IMG/VR virus record: IMGVR_UViG_3300017768_000003
Strand: one strand, 5' to 3'
DNA: 64,000 nt
From: an uncultured virus (IMG/VR IMGVR_UViG_3300017768_000003)
Taxonomy: Duplodnaviria; Heunggongvirae; Uroviricota; Caudoviricetes
Shown one piece after another: positions 19,430 to 29,400 of this stretch (the stretch's first letter is position 1; the number at the start of each line of letters is the position of its first letter). The notes beneath the pieces were generated by a model. The model worked only from the letters and a program-made list of their open reading frames with translations, made no database searches and was not told the DNA's origin. The position numbers and the translations under genes are program-made.

Positions 19430-20127
19430 TATTTTCTCAGCTCCAATTCTTTTTTAATCCACTTTTTTGCTATATGATTTTGTATAGGTCTTTTTATAAA
19501 TTCTCTTGCGCCACTCTTAATAATCTTATCAAACTCCTTATATTCACTGTTGTCTACAACAAGCATGTTACTGCTTCCAAACAATCCTTGAAATTTACCT
19601 AAATTATTTTGTACAGCTTTCCAAGACTTCTGTACCAATTCAGTCGGGAGCTTTCTTTCTCTATCATGATTTCTTTTAAGTGCAACATCTAAATCAGTAT
19701 TAACAAAAACCATAAAACAATCGTATCCTACTTCCTGTAGTCTTTTTTTCTGTTTTGCTATTTTTGCATAATCTTTTCCTGTACCATCGATTAGTAAACC
19801 TAGCCTACCGTTTATATAATTTTTTAACGCAGCATCTCTAACTTTTTTACTTTTATTTCTTAACTCCATTGCTTTTTCATATTGAGCGGGAGTCATCTTT
19901 GCAATATCTTGAGATATCCCAGACATCTGTAAATATGTTTCAAAGTATTTATCGCTATTAACAGATTTTAATCCATCAGCAGAAACATGCGGCATTTTTT
20001 CTGGCATACCGAATAGAGTTGATGCAGCATAAGATTTTCCACTACCTGGTCCGCCGGCTGTAAAGATTGCTTTGAAGATTCCTGGGTCGTATACACCTTC
20101 GTTTAATATGTCGAATAATTTAATCAC
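19429..20127 (-). CDS. P-loop kinase (zeta-toxin/polynucleotide-kinase-like)
   Basis: GGPGSGKS, NSD, IDGTG, R...R lid; likely start is GTG at 20127 giving MIKLFDILNE leader. Confidence 0.8.
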   Translation of the reverse strand: MIKLFDILNEGVYDPGIFKAIFTAGGPGSGKSYAASTLFGMPEKMPHVSADGLKSVNSDKYFETYLQMSGISQDIAKMTPAQYEKAMELRNKSKKVRDAALKNYINGRLGLLIDGTGKDYAKIAKQKKRLQEVGYDCFMVFVNTDLDVALKRNHDRERKLPTELVQKSWKAVQNNLGKFQGLFGSSNMLVVDNSEYKEFDKIIKSGAREFIKRPIQNHIAKKWIKKELELRK

Positions 20128-20296
20128 CTGACAGTGCACTCTTTATAGTATTTAATTCTGCTACCAATTCATCTATCTTTTCTTTTAGTAGTTTTATTGT
20201 TAACGTTTCTGGTAGCTCATCATTTGCCATATACGATTTTTCTATATTATGAGTACCGTCATCTAATTCTTGTGTTACTGTTTTTATATCTGCCAT
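20120..20296 (-). CDS. Small 58 aa protein not in ORF track
   Basis: MADIKTVTQELDDG...KLLKEKIDELVAELNTIKSALSGD fills the intergenic gap exactly. Confidence 0.7.
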   Translation of the reverse strand: MADIKTVTQELDDGTHNIEKSYMANDELPETLTIKLLKEKIDELVAELNTIKSALSGD

Positions 20297-20300
20297 ATTA

Positions 20301-21884
20301 TTACCTCTGAGTTATTATACAGTTTATTAAAGCTGGTGCGTTTTTAGCTGCCGTTGCATCTTCTGAGCCTATTCCTATAAATATCATATAGCCTTTGCTT
20401 AAATTTGCTGTGTGTGTAAAATCATTTGAAACAAATCTTCCTTGTACAAAAGCTTCATCATTATGAGCCAACAATGTTATATCAAGATTTGCATTAACGT
20501 TATTGTTTGGTCTGGCCGCTCCATATAAACCTACAAAGAAATTGTCACCTGTGCAGCCTGTTCCACCAGGTCTACACGAGACTTGCAATTCAACAGCGCT
20601 TACATCGAAAGGAAGTATCATTCCCCATCTAAAATTGTCTTCTGCAATTGATATTGTTGATGTAGAACCTAGAGTACCTCCTGCAGCTTGAGCAGTATTC
20701 CAGTTAGAGTCCTGATTACTATAATTGTTTCCCATATACACTGCATTTTGTGTAAAAGGATTTGCATTTATATAAATTACACCTGAATACAATAAGTGTT
20801 TTGTACCTACATATGCCGGTGCTGAAATAACAGCAGATGCTGTAACATTTGTAAACGAGCCTGTACCATCGACAGTAAGTCCTTTTGTCGAAGGATTATA
20901 TTTTAAGCCTACACTTGACTCAACAGCTTGAGCACCACTTGCCCCATCCATCACACCTACAAAAAAGTCTGTAGCATCTGTTGTTGCAACTGCAGTTACA
21001 TTTGTTGCAGTTGTTGCGGTTGTTGCGGTTGCTGCTCCACCTACTGTCATCTCACCTAAATTAACCCCTGCTAATTGTTCATTTACAGTATCCACAGTTA
21101 ATACTGCTCCTGCTCCTCCCCATACTGCACCATCTATTTCATCTGTCTTTAGCTTTCCATCTGAGTCTAGTACAACAACCGAATTGTCTACTCCTGTTCC
21201 TATATTTGCAGCATATATAGTTCCATGTAATTCTAAATTACTACTACCGCTTATAGTTCCTGATGCTGTTATATGAACATCTCCTGTGCCACCTAATTTT
21301 ATAGATGAACCAGTTATTTTTGTTATTGTTGTTTCTCTACCTACTTGGTCTTCAGCTCCATTTACCCATAGCGCTTTTACACTACCTAATTTATAGCCTT
21401 GACCTCCTGAAACTACATTTACAAAACCGTCTGTTACAATATCTCCTTGTAATTCTAAATTACTACTACCGCTTATAGTTCCTGACGCAGTTATACTTCC
21501 AGTTGCAGTTATATTACCTGACGTTCTTATACTACCATTTACTTCGACTCCGCCGTCTTGAAAAGTATAATATCCTGTTCCTGCGTCAGTACTCTTAATT
21601 ATTCTATTAGTATTAAAAACTATTGCAGTTCCACCGATGGTAGCGTAGCTAGCACTTAGCGTTCCTGTCACCTTCACATTACCCGAACCTACCTCAGCTC
21701 CATTAGAATCTAACACCTTTGAACAAGTTAACTCGCTAAAATGAAAGCTAGATTTTGTAACATTACTTGAACCTGAACCATACCATAAAGAACCCGAACT
21801 TACATTTACTGCAAATTCCCCTTGAACTAATGATGCTGGTGAAGATTCTTCACTGCCATTTTTTATTTTTATCGTCTGTGCCAT
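20301..21884 (-). CDS. Tail fibre / fibre-like virion protein
   Basis: MAQTIKIK...P.SL..GEFAVN fibre N-terminal motif; G/S/T-rich repeats; late motif at 21890-21897. Confidence 0.75.
   Translation of the reverse strand: MAQTIKIKNGSEESSPASLVQGEFAVNVSSGSLWYGSGSSNVTKSSFHFSELTCSKVLDSNGAEVGSGNVKVTGTLSASYATIGGTAIVFNTNRIIKSTDAGTGYYTFQDGGVEVNGSIRTSGNITATGSITASGTISGSSNLELQGDIVTDGFVNVVSGGQGYKLGSVKALWVNGAEDQVGRETTITKITGSSIKLGGTGDVHITASGTISGSSNLELHGTIYAANIGTGVDNSVVVLDSDGKLKTDEIDGAVWGGAGAVLTVDTVNEQLAGVNLGEMTVGGAATATTATTATNVTAVATTDATDFFVGVMDGASGAQAVESSVGLKYNPSTKGLTVDGTGSFTNVTASAVISAPAYVGTKHLLYSGVIYINANPFTQNAVYMGNNYSNQDSNWNTAQAAGGTLGSTSTISIAEDNFRWGMILPFDVSAVELQVSCRPGGTGCTGDNFFVGLYGAARPNNNVNANLDITLLAHNDEAFVQGRFVSNDFTHTANLSKGYMIFIGIGSEDATAAKNAPALINCIITQR
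21226..21485. repeat. Exact 38-bp direct repeat (21226-21263 and 21448-21485)
   Basis: TGTAATTCTAAATTACTACTACCGCTTATAGTTCCTGA twice, encoding SGTISGSSNLEL. Confidence 0.9.
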
Positions 21885-21902
21885 ATTCTATAAATATCTC
21901 GT

Positions 21903-22775
21903 TTAAGCGTTTTTGAATCCAATATTTCCTCCATATACTCTTAATGCATTGTCATCGTCACTTAGATTTATTTTAATCCATAAATAATATTCTGATGCAT
22001 TAAATTTACCTCCGTCATCAAGCTTGATATCTTTGCCTAATAAGCCTGAACCTACTTTTATTGTAGGATTACTTACTCCGTCAAATGGCATAATCCAAAC
22101 CTCTACTGCACCTGAACCTACTGAATTTGTGTATACAATTGTATTTTGCTTAGTTATGCTTGAACCTACAGGCAAAGATACTTGTGCGTGACATTCTCCT
22201 CCAGATGGAATTGTAATAATTCCGTTTGCATAATTACTTGTAGAGTTCATCATGTAAAAATCTGCTGGCACTAATTTATAATTTGTATTCGAGCCTTTAT
22301 ACCCCTTTGCGTTTGTTGCTGTTGCTGCATTTCCACTAACACTTCCTGCAATAGTACTACTAAATGTTTTTGTTCCAGCTATTGTTTGATTGCCTGTAGT
22401 ATAAACACCATTAGTTACTGTTCCAGCATTTCCTGATGTATTTTGATTCCCTGCAATATTTACACCTGGTAAGTTTATATCTCCTGTACCTGGAAACTGT
22501 ACACCACCAATTCTAGGATTTGATTTAAGTTTTAATGCGTATGTTGCAACTGAAGCACCATCGCTGCTATTTACTTCTAGAAGATTTACAAGGTCAATTA
22601 CTTCTTCTGTTTTTCTATTTATATATTGTATTGCGCCATCATAAGGATTATCATTATCAGTAGTATCATCAAACCTTTCTTGTATATTATTTATTTTAGC
22701 TTGAGTATCAGTTACATTTGAATATCCACTTCCTGTGTCATTGGCTACATTACTACCTTTTTTAATATCTGCCAT
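21903..22775 (-). CDS. Tail fibre-like protein
   Basis: TTGNQTIAGTKTFSS and GNAATATNA fibre repeats. Confidence 0.75.
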   Translation of the reverse strand: MADIKKGSNVANDTGSGYSNVTDTQAKINNIQERFDDTTDNDNPYDGAIQYINRKTEEVIDLVNLLEVNSSDGASVATYALKLKSNPRIGGVQFPGTGDINLPGVNIAGNQNTSGNAGTVTNGVYTTGNQTIAGTKTFSSTIAGSVSGNAATATNAKGYKGSNTNYKLVPADFYMMNSTSNYANGIITIPSGGECHAQVSLPVGSSITKQNTIVYTNSVGSGAVEVWIMPFDGVSNPTIKVGSGLLGKDIKLDDGGKFNASEYYLWIKINLSDDDNALRVYGGNIGFKNA

Positions 22776-24289
22776 TATTTAACTCTCCTTATTTTTAATG
22801 CAAAATTACCTCTCCAGTTTTTATTATCTAAACTTACATTTGTTCTTGGGTATACATATGAACCTTCTGAATATGTTCCTGATACTGGAACTGTAATTCT
22901 GTATTGGCCGTTTTGTTTTGACATCGTAACTCCTGCCTGGCCTTGTATGTCTATATTTGCATTTGCGTTTACAGAAGTTAATACAGGGAAAGTTATTGTG
23001 CTTGCGTCTCTAACTAATAGAGAACCTGTATACGACCCTGTTTCATTTGTGTCGAAAGCAGTTAAACAATGGACTGTATATGTACATGATACAAGCTCAG
23101 CTTTATATGGCAATACAAATGCAGAGTTAAAATGTGAAAGGCCTACATCCGGATGGTTAGAAAATTTCTTGGCCCAATAATAATATGAAGGACCTTGTGA
23201 GTTTGGTCCATACCATTCGTCTTTTTCCTGAGAGTTTTCGTTTTGATAACTATATTGTATTATTTCTGTGTTATTAGAGTATATGTTTCCACTTGCACTT
23301 ATGTCACCAGACGCTGTTATGTGGCCATTCTCAATCATTACATTCGCATTTTCTCCATCTTTCTGAGTTAGTGTTTGACCATTTGTGGCTCCTGTTATAG
23401 CAACTGTATTCATTGCATAGACATTGAGACTTGAGCTTATGTTGCCTGTTGAATTTATTTCACTTCCTGTTATACCACCTGAAAGTGTTAGTCTATCTTT
23501 ACTTGGATTATATTTTATACCACCATCATATTTTATACCTTGCGCTGAAGTATTCCCATTATCCAAAAATGCTATAAATTGCTCTTCATCTTCTGCGTTA
23601 CTTCCAGCAATAATATTTGTAGCATTTGTAGCGGTGTCAGCATTTGTAGCATCTGTAGCAGTAGTTGCGTTACCAATTACATTTCCAACAAATATACCAT
23701 CTACATTTACATAAGCAAGTAAATCTGTGCCATTTGATGCATAGTATTCAATGGGGTTGTCTGAATCGTTGTTGTTGATTATTTTTACTGCTGAACTTGT
23801 TAAGTCACCGCTCATGCTTATATGGCCATATCGCTTGAATTCAATAGGAGTTTCGCCTCTATTAAAAAGTATGTACATTGAAGAGGTAGCCGATGAGTTA
23901 TTGAATGCGAACCCACATCTTGAAGAGGCATTTGTAAATGCTGGAGAATCGTCTTGTACTATTGTAGCTGTTGCAATATTTTTAAGGAATGTTACCGCAT
24001 TGCTATTGGCCATATTTTGTTCTATTGTGGCAAGGTTATCCCAGTTAACATTAGTCGCACCAGCAAGATATGTCCATTCCGTTGCAGTTATATTTGCATT
24101 TCCAATAGCTGCTATCTCTGCCCATTCGGTAGAACTAATATCTGCAGAGCCTATCGCTTGTAGAGATGTCAGCTCAGTCTGACTTAGTACTGTACTTCCT
24201 GTACCGTCAAATATAGCGGTACCATTCGTGTGCAGTACCCGTTGGTAAGTATCTTGTATTAGCGAACCTGATAAATCTGGTAGTGCCAT
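22775..24289 (-). CDS. Tail fibre-like virion protein
   Basis: GNATTATDATNA and ITASGDISASG repeats. Confidence 0.7.
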   Translation of the reverse strand: MALPDLSGSLIQDTYQRVLHTNGTAIFDGTGSTVLSQTELTSLQAIGSADISSTEWAEIAAIGNANITATEWTYLAGATNVNWDNLATIEQNMANSNAVTFLKNIATATIVQDDSPAFTNASSRCGFAFNNSSATSSMYILFNRGETPIEFKRYGHISMSGDLTSSAVKIINNNDSDNPIEYYASNGTDLLAYVNVDGIFVGNVIGNATTATDATNADTATNATNIIAGSNAEDEEQFIAFLDNGNTSAQGIKYDGGIKYNPSKDRLTLSGGITGSEINSTGNISSSLNVYAMNTVAITGATNGQTLTQKDGENANVMIENGHITASGDISASGNIYSNNTEIIQYSYQNENSQEKDEWYGPNSQGPSYYYWAKKFSNHPDVGLSHFNSAFVLPYKAELVSCTYTVHCLTAFDTNETGSYTGSLLVRDASTITFPVLTSVNANANIDIQGQAGVTMSKQNGQYRITVPVSGTYSEGSYVYPRTNVSLDNKNWRGNFALKIRRVK

Positions 24290-24299
24290 AACCTATTCC

Positions 24300-24872
24300 C
24301 TATTTGCGTTTTTCTAAAACTTTTAGAACCTTATTTATAACCGGAGCTTTTTGGCTTTCCGTTATTGGATTTTCTTGTATATACTCTGCAATTATATTAT
24401 TTAGTTTATCTTTCTTTATTGTCAAGTTTTCTATATTGATGTTTTCCTTAATAAGCATTTTAACTAAATTTATAATATGCTCTTTTTCTGTTACTGTTGG
24501 TTGAGATAATACTTCTACCTTAGATTGAGGCGTCTTAGAGGCCTCGTTGATGGAACCTCTGTTTTGAGATTTAATTTCAACAGTTACTTTCCTTGACGCC
24601 TCAACCATAAAGGTAGATTCCCATGGTGTAAAATAAGTATCATCTGCAATTATCTCCAATTTTATTGTACCTTTAGTACTCTCATCAATTAGTCCTTTTA
24701 ATCTTTTTACTGGTACTTTTACAATACCTGATTCTGAAATTGTACCTTTGAACATTACATCAAAACCATCAGCTTCAACAACTAATCTAGCTTTTGATTT
24801 TTTTAATGACGCACCTTCGAGTTTTATTTTTGCTTCGAAATTTTCTATTTTATCCGTGTATAATTTGTACAT
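24300..24872 (-). CDS. Hypothetical virion-associated protein
   Basis: 190 aa; INE, IKE and ITE sites in the C-terminal half. Confidence 0.65.
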   Translation of the reverse strand: MYKLYTDKIENFEAKIKLEGASLKKSKARLVVEADGFDVMFKGTISESGIVKVPVKRLKGLIDESTKGTIKLEIIADDTYFTPWESTFMVEASRKVTVEIKSQNRGSINEASKTPQSKVEVLSQPTVTEKEHIINLVKMLIKENINIENLTIKKDKLNNIIAEYIQENPITESQKAPVINKVLKVLEKRK

Positions 24873-25146
24873 TTTTCTTTAACTCCTCTGCGATTAGTTT
24901 GATATCTTCGATGTGCAGTTCAATATTTTCAATTTCTTTTTCTTCATCATATACTTTTATTCCTTTTCTCCACATCAAAAGTCTTATTACTTCACGTCGC
25001 TTCTTTTTATCTTTATCGTATTTTTTCCATTTATTTTTACCACCTTTATGTTCAATTACATTGATTACAGTAGACCAATAATGGATATTACTATCCCAAT
25101 AAAAGTTTGCTTCATTCCATTTTATATTTTCAGACTCATGACTCAT
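24850..25146 (-). CDS. Hypothetical protein
   Basis: 98 aa; late motif directly abuts the ATG (25149-25156). Confidence 0.65.
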   Translation of the reverse strand: MSHESENIKWNEANFYWDSNIHYWSTVINVIEHKGGKNKWKKYDKDKKKRREVIRLLMWRKGIKVYDEEKEIENIELHIEDIKLIAEELKKNVQIIHG

Positions 25147-25167
25147 ATATAAATATCATCCTAGTTA

Positions 25168-26499
25168 TTAAAAGGTTCCTCCATCTACTGTAATTGCACT
25201 TCCAGTAAACCCTGGCATTTTTGTTGTTACTACTGTATCGAACGTTACTGAATCTCCCGTTTCTACATCTTGATTCATTGCATATACTTCAGTTGCTCCT
25301 TGACCTGTATTTATTTGTGTACATGTTAAAGCACCGCCTAGCGTTAGTGCACCACCTGCAGCTAATGAAAAGTCGCTTGTTGCTTGAGGTACATTATTAG
25401 CTGTTTGGTCTATAATAAATGCCGTTGCAGAAACATCTATTCCAGCAACCCATCTTTTTCCAGATGTATTTGTTAAAAAGTTTATATATTTATCGTCATC
25501 AGGGTCTGCAGTATTACCTAAATATATAGAACGACCTGTTACTTGTAAAATACTACCTGTCACTGTAACGCCGTCTAAATTTATTATCATTCGTTCAAGT
25601 AAAGGCTGGCCTGCTTCAGCATCACCAATTGCAAAATTCATAGAACCTTTAATTGCTGTTCCGTCAGATGCTACTGCTTCAACCTTTCCATATATCTCCA
25701 TAGCTGTTGCATCTACTCTCTCTAGTGTTCTTCCAATAGATTCATCTTCCCAAGTTATAGTTCCTAGTCTGTCACCAGCTGATGCAGTTGTTGGTATATC
25801 AAAAGTACCAGGCGAGTATGCTAATACAATTTCAGAACCAGATGTTTCTTGTACAACATCGTCATACTGTCCTCTATTTGCATATTTCTGTGCTCTCCAC
25901 TTACCATCTCTAAACTCCATTTCTTTTGAGCCATCATCAGTTCTAAATTTTATGGTATCGGCTTTAATATCTACATCATTTGTAGGAGTCTTTGTTTTGA
26001 TTCCTATCTTACCAGATGACGATACGAAATAATGTACTCTATCATTTGCTCCGTGGGCAGATGAAGTCTCGTGTATTAAAAAGTTTGAATTATCGTCAAC
26101 TATCATTTCATATGAAGATGTTTGTGTAGAACCTGATTGCCACATCGAAGGTGCTGCCCCATCAGAACCGGTTGAATATTCTCCATAACTACCTGAATAT
26201 GCCCAGCTTGCTGTAAATATAGAAGCCGAACCTACAGGTATACCGTGAGAGTTTGCACCTGATTCTGTATAATGAACATCTGAACCTGACCACACACCTA
26301 CTGCTGATGATGAGCCTGATACAGATAAGTCGAAGAACATAGGTGTATATATTTCACCTAAAAAATATCCCGAAGCGCTTCCTGATGCTATCAAATCAGG
26401 GTTACTAGAAGAAAACCAAGAACCTGTTACTGGAGTATCTTGATAACTGTGTGTTACCCATGCTGCTCCACTTCCTGTAATATATAAAGTATATGGCAT
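25168..26499 (-). CDS. Tail fibre/adhesin-like virion protein
   Basis: GKIGIKTKTP fibre motif; C-terminal VDGGTF; very high xGS content. Confidence 0.7.
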   Translation of the reverse strand: MPYTLYITGSGAAWVTHSYQDTPVTGSWFSSSNPDLIASGSASGYFLGEIYTPMFFDLSVSGSSSAVGVWSGSDVHYTESGANSHGIPVGSASIFTASWAYSGSYGEYSTGSDGAAPSMWQSGSTQTSSYEMIVDDNSNFLIHETSSAHGANDRVHYFVSSSGKIGIKTKTPTNDVDIKADTIKFRTDDGSKEMEFRDGKWRAQKYANRGQYDDVVQETSGSEIVLAYSPGTFDIPTTASAGDRLGTITWEDESIGRTLERVDATAMEIYGKVEAVASDGTAIKGSMNFAIGDAEAGQPLLERMIINLDGVTVTGSILQVTGRSIYLGNTADPDDDKYINFLTNTSGKRWVAGIDVSATAFIIDQTANNVPQATSDFSLAAGGALTLGGALTCTQINTGQGATEVYAMNQDVETGDSVTFDTVVTTKMPGFTGSAITVDGGTF

Positions 26500-29400
26500 T
26501 ATCTATCCTCCATTTTCTTGATTCTTTCTTCAAGTTCTTTTATTGTTTTTTGCTGGTCCTGAACAGACTTTATAAGTAAAGGAACCATTTCTGTAAGTGC
26601 TACTGTCATTGGAGATTCGTCTACATCTCCATGTGAGTCACCAGCAACAGCTTGAGGGAATATCTCTTCTAACTCTTGAGCAATTAAACCTACTTGCTTT
26701 CTAACTCTTCTATCTTTTGGTGTAGTCTTAAAGTCAAAGTCTCTTACACGAACTTTCAATAAGTCTTCAATACCAAACTTTGTCGGCTCTATATTTTCTT
26801 TTCTACGTTTATCAGATACCTGTTCATACACAACAGTGTTTGAATAGTTCATGCAATCTTTTCTTATACCTCCTATATACTGCTGACCACTTGTTGCTGG
26901 GTTAAAGCTACCAGCTGAGCAGTCTGTATGGAAATGGAAAAACGCAGCCAAAAATGCGTTACCTATAGGAGAAGAAAAATTAGGAGCATTAACAGGGTTG
27001 TTTATCTGACAACTATTTGAACCTCCTTTAAGTGGAATTTGTGTTGGTATCGTAGACGTCATGATTTTTATACCGTGACCAGCTTGGTCAAATGTATTAA
27101 ACCCTCCTGAACCTCCTACAGGAGCACAGCAATTTGAATCTACACGGTTAGAAGGTACACCTGTCGTATTGAATATTGCAGCGTAACCTATTCTACCTTC
27201 GAATATCTTCATACCGACCTGAGGCCAGTTGTTTACTTGTAACCATGTAGGTTCTGCGTATTTAGCTGCATAATTGGCAGCTAAGAATTGTTGTTGAGAT
27301 AAATTAGTTTTTGGAGTACCAAGTGTTTGAGGACAGTGTACCAACGCCTGTGTTGTGATAGTCTGTCCTAGACAATCGTGTATTCCAACACCAGCATCGT
27401 GTTCAATCGGCAAACCACAATAAGTACAGCAGCCACCGCCACCACCACCAAGTGCATCAAATGTTATTTCGTCACCACCAGGAGATGTTGATATATTCAT
27501 ATTTGAACCTGCAACAAACGTTACTTTATCACCACACCTATCTGCAAGAACATCATCCGAACCTGCTACTGAAAATGTTGCAAATGAATGGGAAGCGTTA
27601 ATCGTTATTTTATCTACACCTGCACTATGAGTATCAAACGAATCAATACCTATTCCGCAACCTCCTATCCATTGTACTGTTGATGCTGTATTGTGTGCAA
27701 CAACATCTGAAGCGTGTGAACCACCTCCAGCAAAAGAAAAAGTACTAAATGCGTTTTGGTTATCACCTCCACCCGAACTCACTCCACTACCAGAATTAGA
27801 ACTAGATATAACAACATTACTACCTAGTGTTGTAACAGTTATACCACCTGTACCTGTAAATGTTACTTGTTGTGTATTTGAAGATAATATATTTGCACCT
27901 GACTGACCAGATACTGTTGTAAAACCTTGTATATTTTGTATATCAGATATTGTAAGTGAAGAGGATTGTACAAGATAGTCAGGGCCTATTACCATTATAT
28001 TATCTGTTGATGCTCCTTCTGTAATACAAGGTATGTATACACTTCCTGATATTGCAACTGTGTCTGAACACGAAGTACCTAGCGTTAAAGGACCTCCAAA
28101 AATATTAGGTCCTGATGCAGATATACCAGAACTAAACGTTGCAGCTCCATTAAAGTTAAAAGGACCACTGTTAAAAACTGTAGGACCTGTAAATACGCTT
28201 GTGTTTATACTTCCGAACGAGCCAGTACTACCGCTTATTGTGTTTGTAACAATATTTGTAAATGTTGCAGTTAACTGGTTTTCCCAAGGTACTTTTTCTA
28301 TCACGGCAGGATAATTAGATATCATACCATCATCATTATAAAATTCAAACTTAAAGTCTAAAGAATCATAGTTTCCTACGTTACATTTTATTGTAGGGAA
28401 TATTACATCAAAAGTTCCTGGTGTATATCCTTTTCTATCCCAAGGCTTTATTGATATGTCGTAAAAATGCCAAACACCAGATTCAATCTTAAATTTAGGT
28501 ATACCAAATTCTGTACCATCTGCTTGGAATACAAATTTATACCCTATTTCTTTTTCGTTATCATCGTCGTCAAACTCTACATGCTTTTTTCTTACTGCTA
28601 CATCTTCTATCAAACCTATAAATTTACCTAAGCCAGTGCTTGCCTCTGTAAATGCAGAACCTGTCATATAAACTTCAACTTTCGGTTCTGCTATTGTCGT
28701 TTGTGTTAGTGTTGTCCAAGAAGGCAGTTGTGTTTTTACAGACACAGCTTTGAATGATAATTCGTACCATTGGTTTTGAAAAAACGAAGCAGACTCTAAA
28801 GCCTTGAATTCCCAATATGCAGTTCCATCTAACTCCCAAGCTTGTTGGTTTGTACCAATTTTTATATTATCGCCAACAGGAGGATTTTCCTGAGATGACT
28901 GCTGAGTATAAAGAGACATCGAAGGGTCAGACGTACCTACACCGCTTGCTGTCCAATATGTTAATACGGAATCTATACCATTATGTGCAACACCCCATGT
29001 TGTAAAATCTCCTATAGGTGCTCTATATTTTTCAAAGTCTTTTCTATATAAAAGCTCCTGAGGTTCTACAGCCATATCAGATGCAAGTACCCAGTCAAAA
29101 GGAGCTTGGTGATTTTTCATATAACATTTGATTCTAGTAACATCACCCGTTAAAGGTTCTAGATTGTTAAATGTAACATGAGCATAAGAAGTTAACAGCG
29201 GATCGCCTGTAGAGCCTGTTGGGTCAGCACTGTAGCTGATTGGCATTTCTGACCATATAAGTTCAAAATCTGAATTTTCAAATTCAAAGTGTTCGAACTC
29301 CTGATAACTAGCAGCGGTAAGACCTTGAAACGTTGTATGAGGTGTATTTACTCTTAACTCAAAAGGAGATATAACCTCTGTTATTGTAGACAGATATGCA

